Source: Ylistrum balloti
Lineage: Eukaryota
Assembly: GCF_031769215.1 (NCBI RefSeq)
Contig: NW_026782348.1
Span: 558,001-622,000 of the forward strand
Direction: 5' to 3'
DNA: 64,000 nucleotides
In this document: in pieces, positions 26,601-39,227 of the stretch
Numbering within the stretch: position 1 is the stretch's first letter
Layout: every line of letters begins with the position of its first letter
The notes under the pieces: generated by a model
Database searches by the model: none
The model's input: the letters and a program-made list of their open reading frames with translations, nothing else
Told to the model about the DNA's origin: nothing
Translations under genes and position numbers: made by a program

Positions 26601-28764
26601 AACAAAGAAAATGTTAACACGGAGACTCCTGAAGAAGTGCAAGTACAATTTTCTTAAATCAGGTTGGAGTTCCAGCTGATGATTGTTAAAATAGTTATCC
26701 ACTTCTTGTTTATAACCTTGTGCGTCAAAATGATATTTTAAATGGTCATTTTGTTTGTTAACATACTGGAGTAGATTCGCAGTTTTAAATATACACTGCT
26801 GTAATTATAAATTCCATTGGGTTTAAGAGGTGTTGTTGTAATGGACATTTTTGTTTACCAATGTCAAACGTATGTAGATTTATGTAGGTATAATCTTATA
26901 AAAAATCATATTTAACTGTAGAGGAAGGTCGACTCTGATGGACTCATGAACACGGGATTTCTAGCGTGGTTACTGATTTTCTATGCCTTACTGGGATTCT
27001 GTCCGGCTCTCAACGTTTATGTCATAGCCATTGCAGACGGGTTTGGAGTTACAATGTCTGGGGTCAGTATATTATACAACATGCATCTACTGACGGTTAT
27101 TTTCCGGGAAATCGATGTGCAGTGGTATCTAATTCAGGTTGAATTTACAAGATAGCAAGAAAGATGTGTATTTGTTTATAATCATATTTAATACCCTAAA
27201 ATTTATAAATGATATACATGGTCATTTGAAAGAGGTGATATCACGTACCATTCGATCTTATGAATATAAAGTGAGGGTGAAGAAAGACAAAATTGACGAA
27301 CTCTTTTGCAAGCCACTTCTGACCTTTTTTGGTCTGAGCCAAAGTACAGCACATATATTTTGAAGTCAGTGACAATGTATCACTTTTAATCCTGCAATTG
27401 CTACTTAAATTTCAGACTATTTAGACTATTTAATCTTTCAAGAATACAAAAACATACTTAAATATAGCAAAAATATACTTGGCAGGTTTATTTCGACAAC
27501 GGCAGCAAGAGTTGTTAAAAATAGATATAAATATATCAGTAGAGATAACACAAATTTAATTATGTTTTAAGCATGTACTTGTTTCCAACAAAACAAAATG
27601 ACTCGTACATAAATCTCCGGTCGGTAAATAAACGATGAAAAATTATTTTGGTTCAGTGAACTAAACCCCCGCTATTTCAAATGAACTAGGATTTAGTTTT
27701 ATACCAGGAAAGGGGTAAATATTGACTCATTTTTGTTTGTAGGTAATGATGTGGCAGGTTCTCTTGGATCTTAGTCCCGCGTCTCACGTAGGCACTTTGG
27801 GTGGGTTGATGTTTTTATTCAGGAGTTCGTGTACAGCATTGATCTTCGTTGTCTCGGGATATATTCTGAAGAGACATCAAGTGTAAGTATATTTTACTCT
27901 GAAATTGTCTGATTAGTATTTCTCTCATTTGACCAGCTCGGATAAGAACATTGTGACAGAATATTTTTGGCAGCATTTCTATTTGCTGAACGATTAATGT
28001 CATTGAATAAAAACTAATCGCATTCGTTGTTTGTTAGATTGGTTTTTATTTGCTAGTAGAACCAGCTTCGTTATAATTCTAAGGAGAAAATCCTTTTCAA
28101 AAAGTCTGAAAGTGAATAAATCACTTTAGAAATCACAAAATCGAAGTGTGCATTCTGATAATCGCGATTGGTTTTAGGCGAAAAGGAAGAAAATTTATGT
28201 AATTCTAGATATGTCAACAAATCCATTTAATCAGCATATACATTGCATAACATTGTTTATTTACGCTCAAACAGGCTGGAGTTAAATGAAGCACTTCTTG
28301 GCTATCAGAATTTGTTTATCTTGCTGGTAACCTTGTCGTCCATCGGGGTGATAAGTGGAGTATTGATGAACATACTGGATTTCCGAAAGGTAAAGTCAAA
28401 ACAGTGAAGTAAAATATCTATGAAAATGCATTTTTGATCATTCTTAATTTAAGAGATATATTTGTTCTGGAATGAGTGAGATATTAAGATTCTTTTCTTT
28501 TCAATCTGAATAAACGTCATATTAAATCATCATAGGAGAAGGACGTGTTGAAACGAAATGTAGAAATGATATCAGTTTAATCTATTTCAGGACTGCGCTT
28601 TGAATTCCACAATAAGAGGATGGAGACAATCTAATATCGAAGCTATAGGATTAATGTCGATGATTCAACCGTCCAGCAAATACAGTGGTATTGACAACAT
28701 TAATAACGATACCTTGAATGATGACACATCCTCTCGAAATTCAACAAAGTCAAATGACGAATAA
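20612..28764 (+). CDS. MFSD1-like major facilitator superfamily transporter; 13 coding exons, 487 aa
   Basis: Exons: 20612-20618, 21962-22068, 22853-22959, 23415-23470, 24029-24178, 24523-24675, 25032-25138, 25432-25532, 25772-25877, 26922-27062, 27743-27882, 28275-28389, 28591-28764 (1464 nt, ending TAA), all GT-AG and phase-consistent. The ATG sits in ACGATGG with an in-frame upstream TGA. Contains MFS motif A GFLIDKLGNGR and MFSD1-like segments (GAYYFMELPVGLQ, RYNVLFAISRWT, LSDLRALPGSYW, DCALN), with about 12 hydrophobic segments. Confidence 0.88.
22345..22705. repeat. 51-bp minisatellite, ~7 copies (MFS gene intron 2)
   Basis: Unit TACCGACAACCTCATGTCAACTATACATTAACGAACATC(G/T)AACTTACATTG with period 51 (22501 to 22552). 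Confidence 0.95.
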
Positions 28765-29272
28765 GCAAGAAAAAAAGCATTCTACGGAAATAACTAAGAA
28801 AAAAACATTCAACGGAAATAACAGAGAATAACGTTTTACAGAAATAACCAGCCGGTAATTATTTTCTGAAATAGCTTTCTATAATTTAGACTATGCGAAC
28901 AAATATTGAATAACACAGCATACTCTTAGACATAAGTAGTGTCTAGTAAGCATCTGCTAAACGCTGAAGACTTGATTAAATGAATAGCGAAATTTATGTT
29001 TATTGTACTGGTAAATGTCAGTCTTATTGCAGGGTAATGCAGTTTTTTCTTTTTTTCTTTTTTTTTTGTTTTGTTTTTATTTTTTGTTTTTGTTAACTTT
29101 TCATATATTAAAACAAAAATTGTCGCCCAAAATTAACCCGGAGATGTTTTTCGCCTAATCAGTTTTCATCCGTCTTTTAATCAGTATTATGTTGTTTACT
29201 TTTCACACTCAATGATATCGATTAAATTATTCTGTTCAAGGATAAAAATAATCATTTCGTTTTGAAGAGTAG

Positions 29273-29278
29273 AATAAA
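29273..29278 (+). promoter_or_regulatory. Candidate polyadenylation signal of the MFS gene
   Basis: AATAAA about 510 nt after the stop, near where homology with the pseudogene 3' region ends. The DNA is AT-rich, so specificity is low. Confidence 0.3.
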
Positions 29279-30799
29279 AAGTCGTCTCTCTTTGACCTCC
29301 TTAAAATAACCAAGAAAATGTCAAATAAATACTGACGACGCAACTCGTATGCAACACAGAGGCACCATACATCAACCGATAACCAAGGGGTGGAAATATG
29401 TATCATTTCAATTCCAGCTAATTGTTTATAAGTTCATAGGATTAGACATCATGCTGAATAATTTCCGAACTTGTATGCATGGGATTTTTACTGTAGTTAA
29501 GCTAAACATATTTAATGTATAAGGGAACCAACCGTGTTTTAGGGTATGTTATGTGAATATCTCAGCGATTAATGTTTAACAATCATAATCTTTGCAGTGT
29601 CGTTTTGAGAAATGACAAATTGTAAATTATGCAAAATTATCAGGATCATAACCTTGATACAATCCGTAGGATACAGGCCATAAAGTCCATGGATCGAATT
29701 AAATTCTAATTACGGTCTAAAGAAATAGAAAAAAAAAATCGTATTTAATTTTTGAGTTTAAATAATCAATTTATTGATATTTGACATTTTTTTATGATAG
29801 GAATATTAGTACTATTAACTATCCATTCTATTGATAAGCGCATAGTAGTAAACAACAATGATAACAATATATACATCACATTTCTATCTTTATTATCTAT
29901 TGAACTTTCAATTTGTGTGTGAGATTTAAATTTCAAATCCATTTTTAAGGTATTCCAATACACTTTGAAAAGCAAATATATCTATATCTTCCATGCATAT
30001 AGTACATCCATTTTCAGATCGCGGTTGACATGAGTGTTAAATTAAAGTATTCATATATTACCTATGGATGGTTTACAACGACCGTTCAACTATATACACT
30101 TGGCCCTAAGTAAGGGACTACTATTTTAGTACAAAAATTTAATCAAAACCTTTTTTTCCTTTTTAAAAAAATAAAATAACTTTTATGCATTCCTTGCATG
30201 GTCTTTTGTGTTTGGTTCCGCTTGCTGCCAAGCGTTACACTCAATGATACACATATTAAAGTGGAGTACCCTGTGATCTATTAAACACAAATTTGCTTAG
30301 CCATTTAATGCAGCTTATTCTCGTGTATTACTGGTAAATCGTACACGAGCTCTTGCAATGTTTTAAAATGACATGTCGAAAAATGGCAGATGCAAAAGCT
30401 CAGCAATGGTTCAAGTTGGTATGAGATACAGGCAAGTTTTAATGTAAGTCGTTCAGTCATTTTAGGTCAATGCAGCGACTGAACAAAACCGGACATGCCG
30501 GCGAGCAATTCAGGTATGACAGACCTCGGACGAATATGTATAGAGAATTCGCTTTAGAATTACTTCTCGTCCTCATATGTTAAAAGGGCGTTAAGTCTCG
30601 TAAATAAAAAATGAAATTACAGAAATCATACATTAAGGAAATCATATATCATAACATACAAATAAAGCATAATCTCGTAGGTAAACAAATAATGTAGAAT
30701 CACACGAATTTGACAAGATGGCAGAGAATGTTTTGTCGTTTAGTAAAATGTCATATTTGTAAAATCTATATTGTAAACTTAAAAACAACAGGAAAATAC

Positions 30800-31420
30800 C
30801 AACATAATCATAATGCAAACACAAATTCAATAAAATGACAAAATATGAACCAAAAGAAAACTTTGCAAGGAAACTCCCGAAAAAGTACAAAAGAAAAAGT
30901 CCATGTGATCCAGAAGAGTAAGCATCTTCTGCTCCTTGGCAAGTCCAAGAAACAAATGTCACGTTGTCAGTACGAACAAGGTATACAACAAAAGAACCAA
31001 CAATTAACAAAATAGCATAAAACACACACAGCTTCATTAAAAAAACAACAGAACATTTCGTAATGAGATCAATAAGACGATGGTGGTATATACGATATTA
31101 TTTAAAAACAAGACGTCAATCAATATACCTGAAAGTGAGATTTGTCGACTTAGCAAGGTCTTTTTTGAGTTGTTTTGATAAACTCTTCCATGCATTTCAC
31201 CTCCTATGAAAACAAAAAACAAGTCAACTAAAATGGGGCACACTTAGTTCCCTCAGGCATGTCAGTAGACTGTTGGAAGTTCGTACCACCAAACTCCACG
31301 AAGATGTTGTCAATCAGAAACTAGATCAACATGTTGTTGTGACAGTTGTTTCAGCTATTAATTGTGGTTTCACCATAGGGGTCCAGTGAATTCTGGCGTT
31401 GTCGTATAAATAAGGATTTA
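30800..31420 (-). mobile_element. Degraded Penelope-like retroelement fragment (RT core plus 3' region)
   Basis: The minus strand, read across stops and frameshifts, gives FLIDNIFVEFGGTNFQQSTDMPEGTKCAP/LVDLF...KDLAKSTNLTFRYID/DVLFLNN. This matches the Penelope-type RT pattern FLIDNIFV.FG...FQQ..GIPMGT.CAP.LADLFL...FRYIDDVL. The disrupted YIDD motif is at about 31113-31128. Confidence 0.75.
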
Positions 31421-33371
31421 TGAAAAATATTGGATATCAGAAATATACATTTACAATTATATGACAAATAGAAGTTCCTGTACACACAATAATATTATCA
31501 ATGACAGCATAAAGCTAATAAATCATATACTGTACGTAAAACATCAAAGAATAGCTTATATCATGCTTACATGTTAGATTTACCACTGTGAAAGGTAACC
31601 AAATTTATTACATTTTCAGGTTTTACAATGAAAATATAACTGATATTTTTACTCCAGTACAAAAAACAAGTATTCATCTTTTCACTCATTTTTCACCAAT
31701 TGAATCATTGTATTTGCTTACTGTATTTTACATTCCGTTAATGCATTGCGGACTTTAGGAACGATAACTCGGGCAGAGATAACCATAACCCTACTGGTAA
31801 GAATCTCGCTTTACTTTAACAGATTGACCCTGGCCAATCTTAATTAAAACATAACTGTTATTGTAAAAATTGCTAACTTGGTGTCAAAGATGATCGGTGT
31901 CTTAGATGCGGAACTACGCATTCGGCTAGGTAATTTTGAGAACGAGCATTTCAGATAAAAACAGAGTGGCAAATTCAAACTGACATCAATGAAAACTGAA
32001 AAATGTCACTGATATTCATCAAGAAACACATGTGCTAGCAACACGGCGTATTTGGCTGTGGCTGTTTGACAGACGGTTGTGTAGATATGACATAATGAGA
32101 CTACCTTCTTTTCTTTCATACATTTCATTGTCGTTTATACAGGAATGTTATGGTCGAATAACGCAAAAGCAGTCAACCTCTTTCTGATTTTATCCGACCA
32201 TAAAATATACACTACTCTCGATATAGGTATGAACTTAGTGGTATAACCAGAAGCCACACAATATATAGTGATAGACGATGGCAGGAAAGATTTATGTTTA
32301 AAACATTTTTCATAAAGATATGGATTCATTTGACAGCTCATTACATTATCCTACATCTGGTAAAACAGTGAGATGCAGCTGTATTATTTGCCATGCCTTG
32401 CTAAAAGATATAACAAACAAATTGAGTGTTTTTGTTATTAAATATGTTTTCATTTTTATGATTGTTTAAAATGATAGCAGTAATAATTTTATAGTCATTG
32501 TTATGTATGTATTATCAATCAAATACTTTATCTATGAAAGCATTTACTCAGTTATATCGAATTTATAATGCATTGCCATCGAAAGTTTTCTGAACATCGG
32601 TTGTCGTCACACAGCGGAGAGATCAAACACGAGTTAGCGGAGGAGCAATATACAATATATATACATAAAAGGAAGGCTGGTTATAACAAGAGCAAAACAC
32701 ACACAAAGAAAGTAAAATAAGTGAATTTAGATATTGTACACATTTAGTGTCAAGCATCCTTATACGCTACAGGACAAAATAAGATGACAAATCAAAAATA
32801 TATCATACATCACTCATGCCAGTACATAAATAGATTCAGAAAAAAATGACAATAAAATATGATATAGTGCATACTGATTTAATAATTTTGGTATACTAAC
32901 ATTTAACTTTTATATTCTGATAAGCATATCACTCAAAAGTCTTTATATCAACTTAAACTGTACTTAAAACGTAATTACTTGAAGGCAAAATGCAAACAGC
33001 AGAAACAATCAGCAAAATGCTATTATTGCCATAAAAGAAAAACGCCGTTTATCAAAATTGTTCAGTACATCTTCGAATGCGAGTGGTATCACTTCGAACA
33101 TTGGGAAAAATGAAAACACGGCAAAGGCTTTCAACGGCATTGAACTTACATGGAAGGATTTTCTCGGGAAGTTTTCTTCCATTTTTACTCGCGTTGATAT
33201 CGAGACAAACAAGATTTATTAAGATTAAAAGTTAGACTTCTTACTACTATTACATATTCAACATATAGCATATTTATTAAATAAGAAAATTAGGTAGTAA
33301 ATGACTCATGGGAAACATTAACTTTGTCAAATGTTGACAGGTGTACGTATTTCACCTGCTTGTTAAGCTTT

Positions 33372-33565
33372 TTTTACACAGTGAGAAAATGATATACATA
33401 CACAGTAAGCTCTTTTAACACAATGAGTATATTATATACATACAAAGTAAGCTCTTTTAACAACCATGAGAAAATGATATATATACTCAGTAAGCTCTCT
33501 TAACAACGTGAGAAAATAATAAACATGCACAATAAGCTCTTTTCACAGTGAGTAAATGAAATATG
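33372..33565. repeat. ~41-bp degenerate minisatellite, ~4.5 copies
   Basis: Repeating GTGAGAAAATGATATACATACACAGTAAGCTCTTTTAACA-like units. Confidence 0.8.
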
Positions 33566-33799
33566 TCCAAAAGGTCCAACAATTGTTTTTTTTTTAAAGA
33601 ATTCAGGAGAAAGTAAATAATGTTTTTTATGATTGATGATCAAGTTTAAGATTATTTTGAGTTTGATGTTCGAGAAATTTATCAGCAGATTCTTTTAAAA
33701 CTTAAAGAGGTGTCGCGATAGCTATGTCTGTTACACAGTTAGTCTATGTAACATCTAGTGAAGATGTGGCGGTTTGTGTTTCTCATGAAGCTGATAAAC

Positions 33800-33980
33800 G
33801 AATAACCAGTCTGTGGCTGACGTGGTTGTGTCCTTAGGCAAGACGATAATTGCTCTTTACGGCACGCGACCGGCCTCCCGTATGTTGTTCAATGAGGTTG
33901 CAAGCGGCTACTTTAAAGAGACCCCGCCTCGAAATGACCCTGACAATTCACGTGGCGATAAACCCAACAAACAAATATCA
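33800..33980 (+). mobile_element. Degraded SINE fragment
   Basis: TTGTGTCCTTAGGCAAGAC central motif (V/CORE-SINE-like) and a 3' end AAATGACC...GTGGCGATAAACCCAACAAACAAA. Confidence 0.45.
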
Positions 33981-36702
33981 ATTTAAAACTTAATATATCA
34001 GGTGGACAAAAGAATTGAATGTGTTAATAAAGACCTTCCTTTTTACATTACCGTCGTCACTTTGGTATTAATAGTATCGCCATCACGTGTCTGATTTCAA
34101 AGTTTGATAATTAGAGTTGTGCTGTGATTTGTCTTCCCTTGGGATTACTTTCTGATAATTTCCTTTCAGGTGTTATAGAATGAATATTGTTTCTACAAAA
34201 CAGAAGAGAATTCTGCACTCTAAGATTGTCTAGTCACGTCACTAGTGTAACAACGACATAATTCCAAAATTCTAAATCAATGTGCATATCGATTAACGAT
34301 ATTCAGATGACTTCATTAATGATAACTACATTGGCCGGAAGTTTGAATGATGTCAAGGGCAGATAACTATAAGGTGAGTGCTATTATTCACTCCATTCTA
34401 ATATTTCATATTGTTGAGGCAAGTATAGTAACAATAACTGTTTTGCATACATGCAATTACTAATGGGGCAAGAGTCGGTTCATCAAATGAATTGTTAAAA
34501 TGTGTAGATCAATGAACAAATCTCAACCATACAAATGTTCCAGTCTTCATCTTCATTTGTTTATTATATGATTAGCATTGGTATCACAAGTGTATATCTA
34601 ACTTGTTTGTTCTAGGATCCGCAATACTGTTCAGTATAATGCCACTAGTAAGCTCAATACTGTTCGCTGTGGGAGCCATGTCTCCCCTGCAACTACGCCT
34701 ACCTACATACTGATGGTGGTAGGGTATGGCCTGATAGCGTATCTTTGCGCTGTATGTTTTTCATTTCTAACTAAATATGCTTCAAATCATTTTCGCTGTA
34801 AATGCCAAATGAAAGTGGACAGTCAAAGGAATAATATGGTTCTGCATAAATACAATATACCACCTAGTACACATTAAATGCAACTCATTGATATGATAAA
34901 TAGGAGTTATATATGTGTATAGATATTAATCACCTATATAATATCTTGTCAAATATCCGCAATACTTAACAAAATATATGTAAACATTTAAAACCAAAAA
35001 GTAATATCAGCCGATCGCTTTATTCGCTCTGTTGTTATGCAGCTCAGACTCTTTCAGCAGACCAATAGTAACTGTCATAAAAAAACGTGCCTTGCGATTC
35101 TTTACTATCTCGTACACTACGTACGTCAGCACTAGGTACGCCTCACACTGGTAATTTGTCTAATGAAAGTGACAGTCATCGAAACACTCTTCTAATGGTT
35201 GTGCTATAAGAACTGTAATGCTAATACACACAGATTATTATAGATTGATTTGTCCACTGAGTATCGTGACACAAACGTAAATATAATTTGCATCGTTTTG
35301 GCAGCTTAATATGAAAATCTTTTATTCCTTTTCTTTGTTTAATTGTCTAACTTCTCTCTCACTTTTTCTTTGTTATCGGTATATATAGTAATATAACAAA
35401 ACACGCGTGTTGTATTATTTTTCTATAGAGGAAGATCGACTCCGATGGAGTCATCATGCACACGTGCTTTGTAGCGTGGCTGTTACCTCTCTATACCATA
35501 ATAGGTTTCTTCCCAAAATTCAACAAAGTCAAATGACGAATAAGACAAAAGTACAATACAAGGAATTTAAACATACAATCACTTTCTGAAGCAGCTTTCT
35601 ATGCGAACAAATATTGAGAAGATGAGTATCGTGTTAGGCATTAGCAACGTCTAGTAAGCGTCTGTCAAGCAGTGAAGAACTAATTTGGTTTATTGAGTAG
35701 TTAAATTCATTTGTGGTATTGGTAAATTGCAACATGACTTTTTTTTTTTTTTTTTTACTTTTCATAGATTGTAACAGAAAAGTCGTCCAACATGAACCCG
35801 GGGAGATTTTTCGTCCTAATTAGTTTTCGCTTGTGTCCTAATTGGTATACTGTTATACTGTTAACTTCCCATTTATTCAATGTTATTGCTTTAATTATTG
35901 TGTCCAAGGTCAAAACACATTTTCAAGCATAGAATTATTGAACGATCTCACCATCATACTTGGTTAAAACAACCAAGGTAAAGTTCATATTATACTGGTA
36001 ATGCAACTCATATACAACATTACTCGTCCCCAACTGCTCGAATAAGGGATAGAGTGATATATTGCATATTTTTCCCTTTTGCTACAAAATCAAATTCTTC
36101 CAAAGTTTAATTCGCTTTCACATCATCACTTTTTTTAATAAGGTAGATTCTATTTCATTATCTTACATGGGCCCAAATCTACCACACTGGTTCGCTGCTG
36201 GAGATACAGCCTAATTTCTGTAAGTACTTCTGAAGATTTGGTCTTGTTACCAGATTACAATAAGACACATACTTTTCGGTTTTGTGTTTGGTTACGCCGA
36301 TGCAATTTGACTTATGCATGATGAGATAATAAGCAAACACTTTACAAAGTGAGAATTTGGTTAATTCTTGTGTTATTCCCGGATAGAATGATCGGGGTGG
36401 GGGGAGGGGAGGGGGGCATGTTGTTTTTGTGCTGTCGATTTGTTTGTCAGGTGTCATCTTTAACCTTGTCCATTACTATTGCAGCATAAGAGACAGAGAT
36501 TTGGCATGTGTGTTTCTTGTGACAAGACGTTTCCGGTGGATGAAACTTTTTGACCATGTGACCTTGACCGTGATGTTTGACCTAAAGTTAAAAAGTACAT
36601 TGGTCAGAAGTATTGAACTAAAACTGTTAAATCATTACCCGATGAAGACTTAAGTGTTTCAGAAAGTATGCATGCAATTAACATGTGATAACGCCTTTCA
36701 AA

Positions 36703-36862
36703 AGTCGTAATAACGTGGATAGAGTCGTAATAACGTGGATAGAGTCGTAATAACGGCTTTTTAAAACACGAAAAACCCTGTCATAATGACTTTTAGAGGT
36801 ATGAATTCAAATCCAGTTCACGTTTACGTGTGTGCGTGCGTGTGTGTGTGTGTGTGTGTACA
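36703..36862. repeat. 20-bp tandem (2.6 copies) and (TG)n microsatellite
   Basis: GTCGTAATAACGTGGATAGA x2.6 at about 36705-36755; TGTGTGCGTGCG(TG)n at about 36828-36859. Confidence 0.85.
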
Positions 36863-38874
36863 TGCGTGTTTTCCCCAGAAACTCCAACATACCTCCACCA
36901 CTAAAACATGGTGCCAAGAAAGTAGTATACACATGATGTAGTATATGTGGTAAAAAGTAGTTGTATTTTTGTGTTTAACTTCATTTAATGATCTTTGGTG
37001 GGGAAAATGATGCAGAATTTCATGTATTGTGTTGCACACGTTACATCTGTTTATGAATATTGCAAATGTCGAGTGACCAAGATGTATCTGATTGAAGACA
37101 AAATGCAAATGTGTACATAAAAGAAAACTATTTATTCGTGTTACGATTCACATAAAATATCAGAAACAATAACACTTACATGCGAAGTTATTTGCAAGCA
37201 CGTACTTCAATTAATTCCGTCCCTCCACCTATATACACACACGTATGGTAAAATACACAAACGGAATGTACCATCACATTATATCAATTCAACTCCGATG
37301 CAATGTTCCTTCTAAGTTCAATATAAAGGTGTTAAGATTCATGGCCGTCTGAAAACATGTTGAAGTTTTTCTTTCCATGATGATACCACTGAGATCTCCG
37401 ACTATTTCGTCACAAGGAACCTCAAGTTTTCGGAGAATTTCTTCTTCACAGATAATCTTCTGTGGTTTTAGTTTGTCACACGAGTCGAGGTGCCCTTTAC
37501 TTTGTACTAACGCATTTTAAGTCAATAACTCTTATACAACCGCTCGCCCGCTGTGTCCAACAACTTTAACAGTTCATAAACTATGTGCCTTGGAGCTTTA
37601 AATCCTTCTGTATCCATACAATGTACCCGATGTTCCAAATTCGTTTTGTACAAACAAAGCCACTTCTTAATGTCTGAATACATTTTATACAAGTTCATTT
37701 CTTTTAAATGTTGATTTGCTTACGACCGTATCATGCAGAATCCCTAAGTAATGAAGTATTTCTTTGACTGAGGCCCAAACTGTAATAAAAGATAAGATAC
37801 TTGTCTACACCAAGCTCGTAAACGCGATTTGTTTTTTCCTTCGATTATTGATCATTCTAGGTTTTCCTATTTCATAAACACATTTTGTTTTCATAAAAAA
37901 TGATCACATTATTACCTGCACTTTCAGCTGTAATTAATGTTATTAGGATTGTAGAAAATGTATCACCTATTTTTCATACCTTTGTGAACCACCTTTAAGA
38001 GATACTATCAATGTTTCATTATTATGTGTCTTACTTTTTTCTCTTTAACGACTTCGTGGTCTATTTAGCTGAATATCGACAAATAGTGCACCCGAGCTTG
38101 TCTCCATCTCTGCCCCAGGTGAAGATCGCATTATCTCTTATTTACGACATTGCGATTTTCACCTGGGACCAGGATGATGGGGCAACTCCTCAAGGTTGTT
38201 GTCACTATTTCCTATCACTTCAGTTCTGTTTTGTTTACAGTTACACGAGTTCTCTCCAATCAATAAGTTGTTGGAGGTTCTTTCTGGGAACTACTTTCTC
38301 TTGTTGTTGGCGATGGTCTGATTACACGAGTTTTCGTGTACCCGGCATGTCTCTGAAGAGATCGTATTGTTTCTGAGTTTTGACTTCCTTTGTGTTAAAT
38401 TTTCCGATGTCCATGTAAATTTGTATCTATTGAAATCAGATGTTGGAAGATCGTGCAGTTAGGTTTTTAATATATATATATTTTTCATTTCATATGCGAT
38501 TTGAAGAAATAGCCTTCGAAGGTTTTATTTGGGCCAGCCTGGATGAATGGTAGATTACGTAATATATATAAAAATAATTCAACAGATCAGTTATCGATTT
38601 AGTATTTTATTTATGATAACAAGAAACATAAACTTGCAATAACAATAAATCTGTGGTTATTACGACAAAATACCAGTTCTTCCTTGGTTCTTTGTTGGCT
38701 CGGCGCCCTATTTGCTGACTGAATAATACCACCAGTGGACTGTGGTGGGTACACTTGCCTCTGGATCAGACAACCTACAGTATCTATAAGTTTACTTACA
38801 CGTAAGTCCAGGAATACTGAACACCATGGACTGTCTTTGTGTGGCAGGAATATTCCAAATGGATCCATGAGAAC

Positions 38875-39227
38875 TATCCTTTGTTCTGTGGTCAATCAAG
38901 GTGACCACTCCGTGGGTCATAGAGCCCCCAGAGGTATTCAGATTGTGGTATTCTGTAAGCAGCGTATGGTTGCTGAGACCAGTAGGTCCCCCTATCCTTT
39001 GTCCTGTGGTAAATCAATGTGACCTCTCCGTGGGTCAGAGCCCCAAGAGGTATTCAGATTGTGGTATACTGTAAGCAGCGTATGGTTGCTGAGATGAGTA
39101 GGTTCCCCTACCCTTTGTCCTGTGGTAAATCAATGTGACCTCTCCTGGGTCATAGAGCCCCCAGAGGTATTCAAACTGTTTGTGGTATTCTGTAACCAGC
39201 GCATGGTTGTTCGAGATCAGTAGGTTC
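38875..39227 (-). repeat. Three ~117-bp tandem copies covering the PLD6 C-terminal coding end
   Basis: Units at about 38875-38992, 38993-39108 and 39109-39227. Each contains AGAGCCCCCAGAGGTATTCA or a close variant, encoding EYLWGL on the minus strand. Confidence 0.9.

Larger units (their letters stand above)
32020..35980 (+). pseudogene. Tandem pseudogene copy of the MFSD1-like gene
   Basis: Collinear remnants: exon 1 and flanks (about 32020-32550; ACGATGGCAG|GAAAG with the donor GT mutated to GA at 32285); exon 4 and intron 4 remnants (about 34115-34330); exon 5 copy (34616 to about 34752) with a 4-nt deletion after ATGTCT and a further deletion near its end; the 5' part of exon 10 (35429 to about 35514) fused directly to the end of exon 13 (AAATTCAACAAAGTCAAATGACGAATAA, ending 35543); and 3'UTR similarity to about 35980. 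Confidence 0.9.

Noticed and set aside
30642-31243. Two hydrophobic minus-strand ORFs resembling a multi-pass membrane protein
   Set aside because: They overlap a degraded Penelope-like element; T-rich sequence yields F/L/V-rich translations and the RT motifs lie in shifting frames.
32990-33225. Protein-like open stretch on the plus strand inside the pseudogene
   Set aside because: No start or splice context, no similarity to the parent MFS exons and no recognisable motif.
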